This document shows, one piece after another, positions 9,905 through 21,484 of a stretch of DNA of 64,000 nt. The notes under the pieces are model-generated. The model worked only from the letters and a program-made list of their open reading frames with translations, ran no database searches and had not been told where the DNA came from. The stretch is taken from NCBI GenBank assembly GCA_964552045.1, contig CAZKFF010000006.1, forward strand, positions 34,657-98,656, in the 5' to 3' direction. Within the stretch, counting starts at the first letter, position 1. Each line of letters opens with the position of its first letter. Source of the DNA: an uncultured Candidatus Saccharibacteria bacterium. Its GTDB lineage: Bacteria > Patescibacteriota > Minisyncoccia > Phycocordibacterales > UBA918. A program made the position numbers and the translations under genes.

Positions 9905-10537
9905 ATGTCGTCCTTACACTCAGGAAAGCAGCTGCATGCGCACAAGCGCGGCTTCACTGTTGTGGAGCTCATGGTCACGGTGACCATTGTGGTTCTGGTA
10001 ACCGGTATCGTCATGATCCGCTATTCGTCATTCAACAGCTCAGTGCTGCTCACGAGCCAGGCGTACATTACCGCATTCGACATCCGCGAAGCCCAGTCGC
10101 TTGCAGTGAGCGTGCGGGGAAATGCCAATGAATTCCGGGAGGAATATGGAATCTACATTACTATGAACACCCCTACGCAATATCAGCTTTTCCAGGATGA
10201 CGATGCCATCGGCGAGGCGTCGCCGGCGCAATACGCTCCGAGCGAGGCGATCGGAGCGCCGTTCAGGGTGGACTCTCGTTTTTCAATTGTAAACATCTGC
10301 GGGACGAACTCATCATCGCGGATGTGTTTTGTCGATGACCCAAAGACAACAGATGAAGTGATCAATAATAATTTCAGCGATATCGCTATTTCATTCAAAC
10401 GTCCGGACTTTGATGCTGCCTTCTATAATTCCTTCAGGTCGGATCTCCAGTCGGTCGAGATTCAGTACGGGAGTTCGAACAGTTCTATCCGCCGGACCGT
10501 CAAGATCTATACGAGCGGACAAATAACCATTGATTGA
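9905..10537 (+). CDS. Minor pilin (FimT/FimU-like)
   Basis: RGFTVVELMV N-methylation motif. Confidence 0.8.
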   Translation: MSSLHSGKQLHAHKRGFTVVELMVTVTIVVLVTGIVMIRYSSFNSSVLLTSQAYITAFDIREAQSLAVSVRGNANEFREEYGIYITMNTPTQYQLFQDDDAIGEASPAQYAPSEAIGAPFRVDSRFSIVNICGTNSSSRMCFVDDPKTTDEVINNNFSDIAISFKRPDFDAAFYNSFRSDLQSVEIQYGSSNSSIRRTVKIYTSGQITID

Positions 10538-11141
10538 TATGCATCAGGAATCGCCACAACTGCAGCACTACTACAAAGCCTCGGGTTTTTCGCTTATTGA
10601 GGTACTTGTTTCGCTTTCCTTATTCACTATTGTTATGACCGTCAGTGTGGGTGTGCTCATGGTACTTATTGATGCCAATGCCCGTGCGCAAAGTACGCAG
10701 GAGGTTATGACCAATCTCTCCTTTGCGCTCGACAGTATTACCCGCGAGATACGCACCGGCTCAGATTATTATTGTGGTGGGGTGAGTGAACTGCCGACCT
10801 CAGGCGAAGCCGCAATGAACTGTCCTTCAGGAAGTGAAGGACTTACCTTCAATGAAGGAGGGCAGAGTCTGACCGAAGACGCGAGCAGCCGGCGGATTGC
10901 GCTACGCCTCAATAACGAGTCGATCGAACGGCGGCTGGGAGATGGAACATGGACACCCATCACCTCTGAGGATATTACAGTCCATGAATTGCGGTTCATC
11001 GTTACCGGGGTAACGCGCTCGGATGCGGAGTCGCCGACGGTGACGCTCTACATCAAAGGCGAGGCCGGCAGTGAAGAGGATGGCACCGAAAGTGAATTCA
11101 GCGTGCAGACCACCGTCGTGCAACAGCTGTTGGATATATAG
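10530..11141 (+). CDS. Minor pilin (PilW-like)
   Basis: GFSLIEVLV, ITREIR. Confidence 0.8.
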   Translation: MIDMHQESPQLQHYYKASGFSLIEVLVSLSLFTIVMTVSVGVLMVLIDANARAQSTQEVMTNLSFALDSITREIRTGSDYYCGGVSELPTSGEAAMNCPSGSEGLTFNEGGQSLTEDASSRRIALRLNNESIERRLGDGTWTPITSEDITVHELRFIVTGVTRSDAESPTVTLYIKGEAGSEEDGTESEFSVQTTVVQQLLDI

Positions 11142-11146
11142 AGCAT

Positions 11147-11701
11147 ATGAGATACCAAACACATACAACAGGATATTCGCTCGTTGAGGTACTGGTCGCA
11201 ATATCTATTCTGATGCTCTCCATTGTCGGCCCCATGACCATCGCGGCAAAAAGCATGCAAAGTGCACAATACGCGCGCCAACAGAACACTGCATTTTTTC
11301 TCGCCCAGGAAGGAATTTCCGCTGCAAACACCATCAGGAACAATAGCAGCCTCGATGCATATCTGGACTCCGATATCAGCCCGTGGCTATGGGTCAATGA
11401 AGCGTCGCTCCAGCCGTGTTTTACTGCCACGGGGTGCGATATCGACTTCAGGGATGCAACGCTTCTCGACAATGTCGTCAGCTGCTCTTCGGATTGCACA
11501 TTGCGCTTCAATGAAGCTGCGAACAGGGCGGTGTACCAGCACGTGAGCGGGGATGCCACGCCGTACACCCGGGTGCTGCTTTTCGACTTCATCAATGGTG
11601 ACGAGGTGGCCGTCAAATCGACCGTGAGTTGGGGGACGACGCTTTTGGGCGGTACGCAGTCGGTTACGCTCAGCACCAGTTTATTTAATCTGTACAAATA
11701 G
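11147..11701 (+). CDS. Minor pilin (PilV-like)
   Basis: GYSLVEVLVA, AFFLAQEG. Confidence 0.8.
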   Translation: MRYQTHTTGYSLVEVLVAISILMLSIVGPMTIAAKSMQSAQYARQQNTAFFLAQEGISAANTIRNNSSLDAYLDSDISPWLWVNEASLQPCFTATGCDIDFRDATLLDNVVSCSSDCTLRFNEAANRAVYQHVSGDATPYTRVLLFDFINGDEVAVKSTVSWGTTLLGGTQSVTLSTSLFNLYK

Positions 11702-11704
11702 ATC

Positions 11705-14345
<2,641 letters not shown>

Positions 14346-14381
14346 TTCTCCGGCTCGTCTTAAGAGAAGGGCTGTGCTATC

Positions 14382-14681
14382 ATGCCCCTCATGGAAAAAA
14401 AGGATATCGTACATCTGGCAAACCTTGCCCGCATACGCATAACCGATGAAGAAGCTGAGGCTCTGAAAGAGGAGATCGCGTCGGTACTCGCGTATGTCAG
14501 CGCCGTTGATGACATCACATCCGACAGCGGCATCACCAAAAAAGCGGGAGTACGCCACAATGTCTTCCGCGAAGACATTGTCACCAACGAGCCTGATGCG
14601 TACACACAAGCACTTTTGCGCGAGGCTCCGTCGAAGAAAGGCCGTCATTTGGCAGTTAAGAAGATATTGCAGCTCGACTAA
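14382..14681 (+). CDS. gatC: Asp/Glu-tRNA amidotransferase subunit C
   Basis: HLANLARI, NVFRED; directly upstream of gatA. Confidence 0.9.
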   Translation: MPLMEKKDIVHLANLARIRITDEEAEALKEEIASVLAYVSAVDDITSDSGITKKAGVRHNVFREDIVTNEPDAYTQALLREAPSKKGRHLAVKKILQLD

Positions 14682-14682
14682 T

Positions 14683-16092
14683 ATGACCATCGCAGAACTC
14701 ATAGAGAAATTCAAAGCAGGAAGCTATACGCCGGTTGATGCGGTGAAGGATGCGCGCGCATGCATCGCCCAAAAAGACGGCGAGATACATGCATTCCTCG
14801 ATGTCTTTGACGAGGCACTTGAAGAAGCTGAAGTTGCCGCACAGCGGTACGCAAACGATTCGGAGCTTCCGCCACTTCTCGGTGTCCCGCTTGCTGTCAA
14901 GAACAACATTCTCATAGAAGGGAAAAAAGCCACTGGCGGTTCGAAGATACTGGAGCATTATACGGCTACCTATGATGCCACCATCATCACACGTCTGAAA
15001 GCTGCAGGCGCGATCCTCATCGGCGCTACCAACCTCGACGAATTCGCAATGGGGTCATCAACAGAACATTCGGCGTTCGGCCCGACAAAGAATCCTCTCG
15101 ACACTTCCCGCGTGCCCGGCGGCTCTTCAGGCGGTTCTGCGGCGGCGGTGGCAATGGGCGCGGTACCTGCTGCGATCGGAACCGACACAGGAGGCTCTGT
15201 ACGTCAGCCGGCGAGTTTCTGCGGGCTGGTCGGTTTCAAACCGACCTACGGCGCCGTTTCCCGCTATGGGCTTATGGCGATGGGTTCCTCATTCGACCAG
15301 GCCGGTCCGCTAGCGCAGAGCGTTGCTGATGCTGAGCTCATACACAGCGTACTTTCCGGAGTAGATCAGATGGATGCGACCACTATCGCGCCCGACACCT
15401 ACCCGGCTGTTGCGCTCAAAGAAAAGTACACTATCGGCGTGCCGCAGGATTTTCTTGGGGAAGGAATTGATCCTGACGTCCGAAAACTCTTTGAAGACCA
15501 CATCACCTTCCTCAAAGCGGAAGGGCATGCTGTTGTGGATGTGAAGCTCCCTCTGTTTGAAAAAGGTCTTGCAGCATACTACATCTCTGTACCTGCGGAA
15601 GTATCATCCAATCTCGCCCGATATGACGGCATGCGCTATGGTCTCAAAGTTGAAGGGGAGTCGCTTCTTGATGTCTATGAGAAGACCCGTGCGGAAGGGT
15701 TCGGCCCCGAGGTGAAGCGGCGCATTCTGCTCGGAACGTACGTGCTCTCCTCCGGATACTATGATGCGTACTATGCCAAAGCTGAGGCAGCGCGCGAACT
15801 GATGCGCGAGGAACTCGCGGAGGTGTTCACCGGTGTGGATCTCGTGCTGATTCCTGCGACACCAACCCCTGCTTTCAGGCTTGGTGAGCTGCATGATCCG
15901 ATGTCGCTTTATAAGCAGGACATTTTCACGGTGCCGGTGAATCTTACCGGTGTGCCGGCGATCTCTGTGCCCGGGGGAACTGTTGAACGCGACGGAATCG
16001 CGCTTCCTGTTGGGGTACAATATATAGCACCACATGGTGGTGATGCACGACTCTTTGATATCGGCAAGAAGACCTATGACGCTCACAAGTAA
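14683..16092 (+). CDS. gatA: Asp/Glu-tRNA amidotransferase subunit A
   Basis: Amidase signature PGGSSGGSAAAVA, GTDTGGSVRQPA, SSNLARYDG, EVKRRILLG. Confidence 0.97.
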   Translation: MTIAELIEKFKAGSYTPVDAVKDARACIAQKDGEIHAFLDVFDEALEEAEVAAQRYANDSELPPLLGVPLAVKNNILIEGKKATGGSKILEHYTATYDATIITRLKAAGAILIGATNLDEFAMGSSTEHSAFGPTKNPLDTSRVPGGSSGGSAAAVAMGAVPAAIGTDTGGSVRQPASFCGLVGFKPTYGAVSRYGLMAMGSSFDQAGPLAQSVADAELIHSVLSGVDQMDATTIAPDTYPAVALKEKYTIGVPQDFLGEGIDPDVRKLFEDHITFLKAEGHAVVDVKLPLFEKGLAAYYISVPAEVSSNLARYDGMRYGLKVEGESLLDVYEKTRAEGFGPEVKRRILLGTYVLSSGYYDAYYAKAEAARELMREELAEVFTGVDLVLIPATPTPAFRLGELHDPMSLYKQDIFTVPVNLTGVPAISVPGGTVERDGIALPVGVQYIAPHGGDARLFDIGKKTYDAHK

Positions 16093-16125
16093 GCAAAAGA
16101 GGAGTGGCCAACGACACTGATCCCT

Positions 16126-16725
16126 ATGCTACCTGATAATGATATTGTCTATGATTGGTACAGCATTGATGCTGATTTCTTTCGGAATATATTTGATTTC
16201 TTCTTCGGCGGCGGCTTTTCCTTTGACGGTTTCGTAGAGTGGCTGTTCACGATCTGGACACTCTATTCCATACTTGCATTCATCATCTCAGGCCTATTCA
16301 TTTTCGGCATAGTCTATGCGTACATCCGCATCAATCAGATGAGCGAAGAGGAGGAGGAAAGGCTGCATGAGCAGGAACAGATGTGGAAGGAGCTCCACGG
16401 CGGCCGCATCGAGAATGAACGCTGGCAGAACGTGCAGCTGCACCTGCAATCCGGTAACCCTAACGACTGGAAACTTGCCATTATTGAGGCTGATGTCCTG
16501 CTCGAACGCATGCTTGATAAGGCCGGCTATGCAGGCAATACGGTGGGGGAGAAGCTCAAAAGCGCTTCAGCACGGTCGTTTGCAACGCTCGATGATGCCT
16601 GGCAGGCGCACCGGGTGCGCAATCAGATCGCCCACGGCGGCGCCGATTTTATTCTGACGCAGAAGGTTGCCCAAGAAACACTCGTCCTCTATGAGCGCGT
16701 CTTCAGGGAATTTGATGTCATATAA
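16126..16725 (+). CDS. Hypothetical membrane protein
   Basis: One TM helix then WKLAIIEAD...GEKLK...AHRVRNQIAH (HEPN-like RxxxxH at the end). Confidence 0.6.
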   Translation: MLPDNDIVYDWYSIDADFFRNIFDFFFGGGFSFDGFVEWLFTIWTLYSILAFIISGLFIFGIVYAYIRINQMSEEEEERLHEQEQMWKELHGGRIENERWQNVQLHLQSGNPNDWKLAIIEADVLLERMLDKAGYAGNTVGEKLKSASARSFATLDDAWQAHRVRNQIAHGGADFILTQKVAQETLVLYERVFREFDVI

Positions 16726-16761
16726 AAAAATAACAGGAGAGCGAAGAGCTGTCCTGTCTGT

Positions 16762-16974
16762 TTAGTTTTTCTTGGGGGTATGTGCCTCCAAGAGCTGCAG
16801 GAAGTGCGTCAACGCTGCTTGTGCTTCTTGCAGTCGTCGCACCATCTTCCTGCTTGCGTCAGCGTACGCCCGCGGGAAGCTGGGGATGAGCTTGCCGTTG
16901 TCGGACATGGTGTCCACGTCGGTAAGTGAACGAGCCGCGACGTCGATCTTGGAGATCTGGATGGCTGCAGACAC
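16762..16974 (-). CDS. Hypothetical protein or gene fragment
   Basis: 70-aa ORF with coding-like GC3; start lies inside the inverted tRNA copy, so possibly 5'-truncated. Confidence 0.3.
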   Translation of the reverse strand: MSAAIQISKIDVAARSLTDVDTMSDNGKLIPSFPRAYADASRKMVRRLQEAQAALTHFLQLLEAHTPKKN

Positions 16975-17044
16975 CGGTTCGATTCCGGGCCTTTCGCAAA
17001 GAAAAGAAAAAGACCTGCCAGTGGCAGGTCTTTTTCTTTTCTTG

Positions 17045-17115
17045 TTGCGGGGCCCGGAATCGAACCGGGGTCTGGAGGTTATGAGCCTCCCGAGGTACCT
17101 CTCCTCTACCCCGCT
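17045..17115 (-). tRNA. tRNA-Met(CAT), probably initiator
   Basis: AGCGGGGTAGAGGAGAGGTACCTCGGGAGGCTCATAACCTCCAGACCCCGGTTCGATTCCGGGCCCCGCAA; unpaired 1:72. Confidence 0.9.
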
Positions 17116-17245
17116 ATATGTTTTTTACCTTCGCTATACGTCGCTCCACATGAGTCCTTTCGTTGTTGAACCGCAGAAAATCAAGGTAGGAAGACTATAC
17201 GCCATTTATATGAAGTATGCAAATCGATACGGCACATAAAGAATG

Positions 17246-17275
17246 CCGTGGCGCGCAAGGTTGCGCGTCACGGCA
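17246..17275 (-). terminator. Terminator closing the E2-E1-peptide operon
   Basis: GCCGTGGCGCGCAA-GG-TTGCGCGTCACGGC hairpin, followed on the minus strand by ATTCTTTAT. Confidence 0.55.
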
Positions 17276-17318
17276 TGTGCTTGAAAGATCGGTTGAGTCC
17301 TGGGCTCAGTCGGGTGGC

Positions 17319-17468
17319 TCACCCCAGCCGGGCGCGCGGTTCCTGCTCGGCGTCGGGCCTGGACTTCAGCGTGGACCCGGACCTGGCGTCGGCGGGCGCA
17401 CTGACGATCGAGGAAATATCGGTTACCTTACTGGCCCCAAGAGCGGCCATGCCTTCTTGCATGCGCAT
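17319..17468 (-). CDS. 49-aa peptide ending in Gly (candidate modifier)
   Basis: AAGGAG 7 nt before ATG; MRMQEGMAALGASKVTDISSIVSAPADARSGSTLKSRPDAEQEPRARLG*. Confidence 0.6.
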   Translation of the reverse strand: MRMQEGMAALGASKVTDISSIVSAPADARSGSTLKSRPDAEQEPRARLG

Positions 17469-17547
17469 CGCAGTTCTCCTTCTCGTGATCGGACTGATCA
17501 CTTCTCAACGATACGCCAGTACCCGGCAGCTCGTCAAGCATTCGCAG

Positions 17548-18243
17548 TTACCATACTGACGCCTTCAGTTCCCATGGGGAGAAGGTGAGCCGGAGATGGT
17601 TGGCGAACTCGTTGGTTTTGGCAACGTGGTGGATCATCTGCTGAACGGCCATGCTCGCGGTAATTGTCACCGCGGTGATCACCGACTGGTGTCCGCCGCA
17701 GCCTGCCTGGTCGTTCGCGTCCGCATCCGGGAACCAATATTCTTCCCAGATCGCGATGTGCTCCTCGTTGTTAGGGTCGAGGGTGAACACGATCGCGTTG
17801 CCTGCATCCATGCGCGTTTCGATGAGGAGCTCGACATCAGGATTCCTCCAGATGGAAGTTTCGCAGATGTTCTTGCGTGCCTGCATCGTATCGAGACAGG
17901 TGAACACCACGCCCGAAAGCGGGATACTTCCCTCTACGAACTGCGGATGGGCTCGGGCGGTATTGCCGCCGCTCCATGCTGCGAACTGCTGTGCGAGCGC
18001 CTCGACCTTCTTCTGGCCGATGTGCTCTGTGCTGTACGCCTGGTTGGCGATATTGTGCGGCTCTATGGCGTCGCCGTCATAGAGATCGAGTGTGTTTTGC
18101 GGATGCGTCCCGACGCCGAGCTTGGCAAGGTGGAGCGCCACATGGCTCCCGACACCCCCTGCGCCGATCAGGTGCAGGGGCTTGTTGAATGCATGCCGGT
18201 TAAAGAGCGTGTCGTGCCGCGTAGTATCAAGACCCATGGTCAT
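17548..18243 (-). CDS. ThiF/E1-family adenylyltransferase
   Basis: IGAGGVGS, DGDAIEPHNIANQ, KKVEAL, CLDTMQAR, ETRM, candidate catalytic Cys in AGCGG; AAGGAG SD. Confidence 0.9.
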   Translation of the reverse strand: MTMGLDTTRHDTLFNRHAFNKPLHLIGAGGVGSHVALHLAKLGVGTHPQNTLDLYDGDAIEPHNIANQAYSTEHIGQKKVEALAQQFAAWSGGNTARAHPQFVEGSIPLSGVVFTCLDTMQARKNICETSIWRNPDVELLIETRMDAGNAIVFTLDPNNEEHIAIWEEYWFPDADANDQAGCGGHQSVITAVTITASMAVQQMIHHVAKTNEFANHLRLTFSPWELKASVW

Positions 18244-18833
18244 TGCCCCTCCTTCAGAGGCCAGTATTCGATGCGTGCATCGGGATATTGTCCTTCGTCG
18301 ACAGTATGGAGCGCCCTTACGAGCATCCGCACGGCCGGACTGATCTGGCCTTCGGTCAGATACTCATCGAGGATGTCCTTGCCGGAGGCCATGCAGAAGA
18401 TGTTCCGGCTGTTGATATGCGGGTGATGGTACGAGATCTCGATCTCGCCGCCCTCGAGCCTTTTGGACATCGGGGAGGTGATATTGCACAGGCGCACCAG
18501 CTTGTTCTTGCGGTTGATAAGTATGATGAACTCGCCGATACTGTGCTCCTTGCCGGTGCACGGGTCTGTTATGTAGACGTGCTTGGTACCGAGCATGAGC
18601 TCGAAGCTCTCTTCGCTCTCGCGAAAGGCGATATGCGTGATCTCCGGTATGCCCATGAGCTCCCGCAGGTCCTTGAGGATCATCGCGGGGTTGCCCCTGT
18701 TGATCCTGCTTTGGCAAAAGTGGACATAGTGCCGCGCGATCGCTTTGAACTCTGAGGTCTCTTCAACGGGGACCTTCTCTTCATGAAGCGGAGGGTTGTG
18801 CACTCGCTGCAGCCTTTGGAAGAAATTCTCCAT
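18240..18833 (-). CDS. Prokaryotic E2-like (UBC-fold) protein
   Basis: YHHPHINSRNIFC resembles the E2 HPN(I/V)...IC motif; TAGGAG SD; overlaps the E1 start (ATGA). Confidence 0.6.
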   Translation of the reverse strand: MENFFQRLQRVHNPPLHEEKVPVEETSEFKAIARHYVHFCQSRINRGNPAMILKDLRELMGIPEITHIAFRESEESFELMLGTKHVYITDPCTGKEHSIGEFIILINRKNKLVRLCNITSPMSKRLEGGEIEISYHHPHINSRNIFCMASGKDILDEYLTEGQISPAVRMLVRALHTVDEGQYPDARIEYWPLKEGQ

Positions 18834-18954
18834 TGAAGTCACTCCTACATGTGGTTGTACTGGTCTGAAGCGAGCATACGCCTCATGACAGAAATTGACA
18901 AGCATCAGTGATCCTTTAGCGGATGAGCCGTTTTTATGCTATAACAGCAGTCAT

Positions 18955-19653
18955 ATGCAATGTGTAATTCTCGCTGCCGGAAAAGGCACGCGTCTGCGTC
19001 CGCTTACAGAAAATCTGCCCAAACCGCTGGTGCAGGTCGCGGGTAAGACGCTTCTCGATCATATTGTTGAGGCGGTTCCGAGTTCGATCGATGAGCTCAT
19101 TATCGTGACCGGATATCTCGGACACATGATACAGGAGTATTGCGGGGAGGAATTCCACGGACGAAAAGTGACCTACGTGACCCAAGAAGAGCAGAACGGG
19201 ACAGCGAAGGCATTGTGGCTGTGCAAAGACCTTATCAAAGGACGCTTTCTGTTTTTGTTTGCTGACGATATCCACGGCAAGGAAGATTTGGCCCGCGCCA
19301 CTTCTTTCACCCGTTCGCTTCTGGTGGCTTCAGTTGCCAACCCGGAGAAGTTTGGCATCGTTGTCCGCAACCCCGACGGCACGCTCGGCTTGATGATCGA
19401 AAAGCCGGAGCATGCGCCAAGTAATTGTGCGTCAACCGGAGCAATGGTGCTTGATGAACATATTTTCAAATTCGAACCGCAGACGCCGGTAAAGGAGGAA
19501 TATTACCTCACCGAGGTCATTGAGCGGTATGCGCAGGACTACCCCATTGCTGTGGTTGAACAGAGCAAGTGGATCCCGATCGCCACGCCTGAGGATGTCG
19601 AGAAGGCCAACGCGCTCTTCAATATAGATACCGTTCCTCAGATGGAAGTGTAA
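18955..19653 (+). CDS. Sugar-phosphate nucleotidyltransferase (GlmU N-terminal/RfbA-like), copy 1
   Basis: VILAAGKGTRLRPLT..PKPL, IEKP. Confidence 0.9.
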   Translation: MQCVILAAGKGTRLRPLTENLPKPLVQVAGKTLLDHIVEAVPSSIDELIIVTGYLGHMIQEYCGEEFHGRKVTYVTQEEQNGTAKALWLCKDLIKGRFLFLFADDIHGKEDLARATSFTRSLLVASVANPEKFGIVVRNPDGTLGLMIEKPEHAPSNCASTGAMVLDEHIFKFEPQTPVKEEYYLTEVIERYAQDYPIAVVEQSKWIPIATPEDVEKANALFNIDTVPQMEV

Positions 19654-20354
19654 TGAGCGTCACTATGCAATGCGTCATCATTTGTGCAGGCAAGGGGACA
19701 CGAATGCGTCCCTTAACGGATACCACCCCCAAGCCGATGATCAAGGTCTGCGGCAAGCCGATCTTGCAGCACGTTATCGAAGCGCTGCCGCAGGAGATAG
19801 ACGAGCTTATCCTGGTTGTCGGGTATCTGAAAGAACAGATCGAAGTCTTCTGTGGAGACACGTACCAGGGCAAGAAGGTACGCTATGTGACCCAGGAGAA
19901 TTTCGCCGGCGGCACGGGTGATGCGCTCTTGTGCGCCAAAGACCTGGTCCGGGGGAAGTTTATGTTCATGTTCGCGGACGACATTCACGGAAAAGAAGCA
20001 CTGTTGCAGCTGGTGCAATACGACAATGCGATTCTGAGCGCCTACTCGCATACCCCTGAGCGGTTTGGCGTTCTGGTGCAAAATATAGATGGCTCCCTTA
20101 AGGAAATACTCGAAAAGCCGGAGAACCCGCCGTCGAATCTCATCAACACAGGGGTTTTTGTTGCGGGAGAAGCACTCTTCAGTTACCAGGTGCCAGTCAG
20201 CAGCTCGGGCGAATTGTATGCAACGGATATGCTGACCGCGTATGCGAGTGATCACAAGCTCCAGGTCATAGAACAGGTGCAGTGGCTTCCGATCGGTTAC
20301 CCGGAACATATCACTGAGGCTGAGGCGATCCTGTGCCCGACACAGATTGATTGA
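19653..20354 (+). CDS. Sugar-phosphate nucleotidyltransferase, copy 2
   Basis: VIICAGKGTRMRPLT..PKPM, LEKP; paralog of the preceding gene. Confidence 0.9.
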   Translation: MSVTMQCVIICAGKGTRMRPLTDTTPKPMIKVCGKPILQHVIEALPQEIDELILVVGYLKEQIEVFCGDTYQGKKVRYVTQENFAGGTGDALLCAKDLVRGKFMFMFADDIHGKEALLQLVQYDNAILSAYSHTPERFGVLVQNIDGSLKEILEKPENPPSNLINTGVFVAGEALFSYQVPVSSSGELYATDMLTAYASDHKLQVIEQVQWLPIGYPEHITEAEAILCPTQID

Positions 20355-20392
20355 ACAGCGTAAATATAGTACTCTGTTGCACACCCAAATAT

Positions 20393-20466
20393 GTCGATGT
20401 AGCTCAGTTGGTTAGAGCATCTCACTCATAAAGAGAAGGTCGCAGGTTCAATTCCCGCCATCGACA
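20393..20466 (+). tRNA. tRNA with CAT anticodon (elongator Met or Ile2)
   Basis: GTCGATG/CATCGAC acceptor, TAGCTCAGTTGGTTAGAGC, CTCATAA loop, GGTTCAATTCC. Confidence 0.9.
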
Positions 20467-20742
20467 CAAATACAAAAAGCCCCGACAAGGGCTTTTTGTA
20501 TTTGTGTCGATGAAGAACAGTCTGGGAGACTGTTCGTCGGGAATTGAAGAGAGTGAGTATATCGCACGCAGCTTGCGAGTACGATACGAGCGACGGGGCA
20601 GCGAGTTCTTATGAGCTTTGAGAATTAGAACTGGCGCCACTTCCCGCCATCGACACCAAGAAACCGCCGCTGGGCGGTTTTCCACTGTCGCATAACCGCG
20701 CAGTATACAAAAAAGCCCCGTTCGGGGCTTTTTTGTATACTG

Positions 20743-20816
20743 CGCGGTAGACGGGACTTGAACCCGCAACCTCCCGCGTGACAGGCGGGTGCTCTAACCA
20801 GTTGAGCTACCACCGC
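20743..20816 (-). tRNA. tRNA-Asp(GTC)
   Basis: GCGGTGGTAGCTCAACTGGTTAGAGCACCCGCCTGTCACGCGGG...GGTTCAAGTCCCGTCTACCGCG. Confidence 0.95.
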
Positions 20817-20878
20817 AGTGCGCAGAGTATAGCGGTTTTGCTCAATATTTGCAATTACTGCTGGTACAATACAAAGGT

Positions 20879-21484
20879 ATGCAATTCATCACTTCGTCCA
20901 GGGCCGTACTGGCGTTCAGCACAGCCTACCTCATCCTCGGCGGGCTTTATTTTCTTCAAGACCTGAACTTTGAATTTGTTATATATGTAGGAGTCATTGT
21001 CGCTGCATTTGGACTCTTATTCGGGACTCTACCGATAACAAAATTGCCCACTTCCATTCTCTGGCTTATCAGCATCTGGGGACTCCTTCACATACTCGGC
21101 GGATCGGTGCCGACCCCAGACGGCGTGCTGTTCGCATACCGCATCTATCCGTTCGTTGATCTCGGCGGGGAGTTCTATATTCTCAAATATGACCAGGTGG
21201 TACACGCATATCTCTACGGCGTTATGGCTGTGGTATTTTTTCATGTGCTTACCCGCACGATCAACGCCGCCGGCCCGGCGTGGATCATCGTGCTCCTTGC
21301 GGTGATGGCCGCTATGGGTGTATCAGCGCTCAACGAGATCATGGAATTCCTCATCGCCATATCGCTTGAGCGCAACGGCGTCGGCGGCTATGAGAATGCA
21401 ATGCTCGATCTCATCTTTAATTTCGGCGGGGCAGTTACGGGGATTGCTCTCCTGCTTCTCTTTAAGCACAATACACGGCAATGA
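20879..21484 (+). CDS. DUF2238/YjdF-like membrane protein
   Basis: Multi-TM; LHILGG, YDQVVHAY, NEIMEF, DLIFN. Confidence 0.7.
   Translation: MQFITSSRAVLAFSTAYLILGGLYFLQDLNFEFVIYVGVIVAAFGLLFGTLPITKLPTSILWLISIWGLLHILGGSVPTPDGVLFAYRIYPFVDLGGEFYILKYDQVVHAYLYGVMAVVFFHVLTRTINAAGPAWIIVLLAVMAAMGVSALNEIMEFLIAISLERNGVGGYENAMLDLIFNFGGAVTGIALLLLFKHNTRQ

Noticed and set aside
14382-16092. gatB missing after gatCA
   Set aside because: A split gat locus is common; gatB may lie outside the window
17548-18243. ThiF/MoeB for thiamine or molybdopterin synthesis
   Set aside because: No CxxC Zn sites, no thiS/moaD/thiG neighbours, and it is coupled to an E2-like gene
17596-18755. Long plus-strand ORFs (276 aa and 170 aa)
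   Set aside because: Antisense shadows of the GC3-rich E1 and E2 genes; the motifs and SDs are on the minus strand
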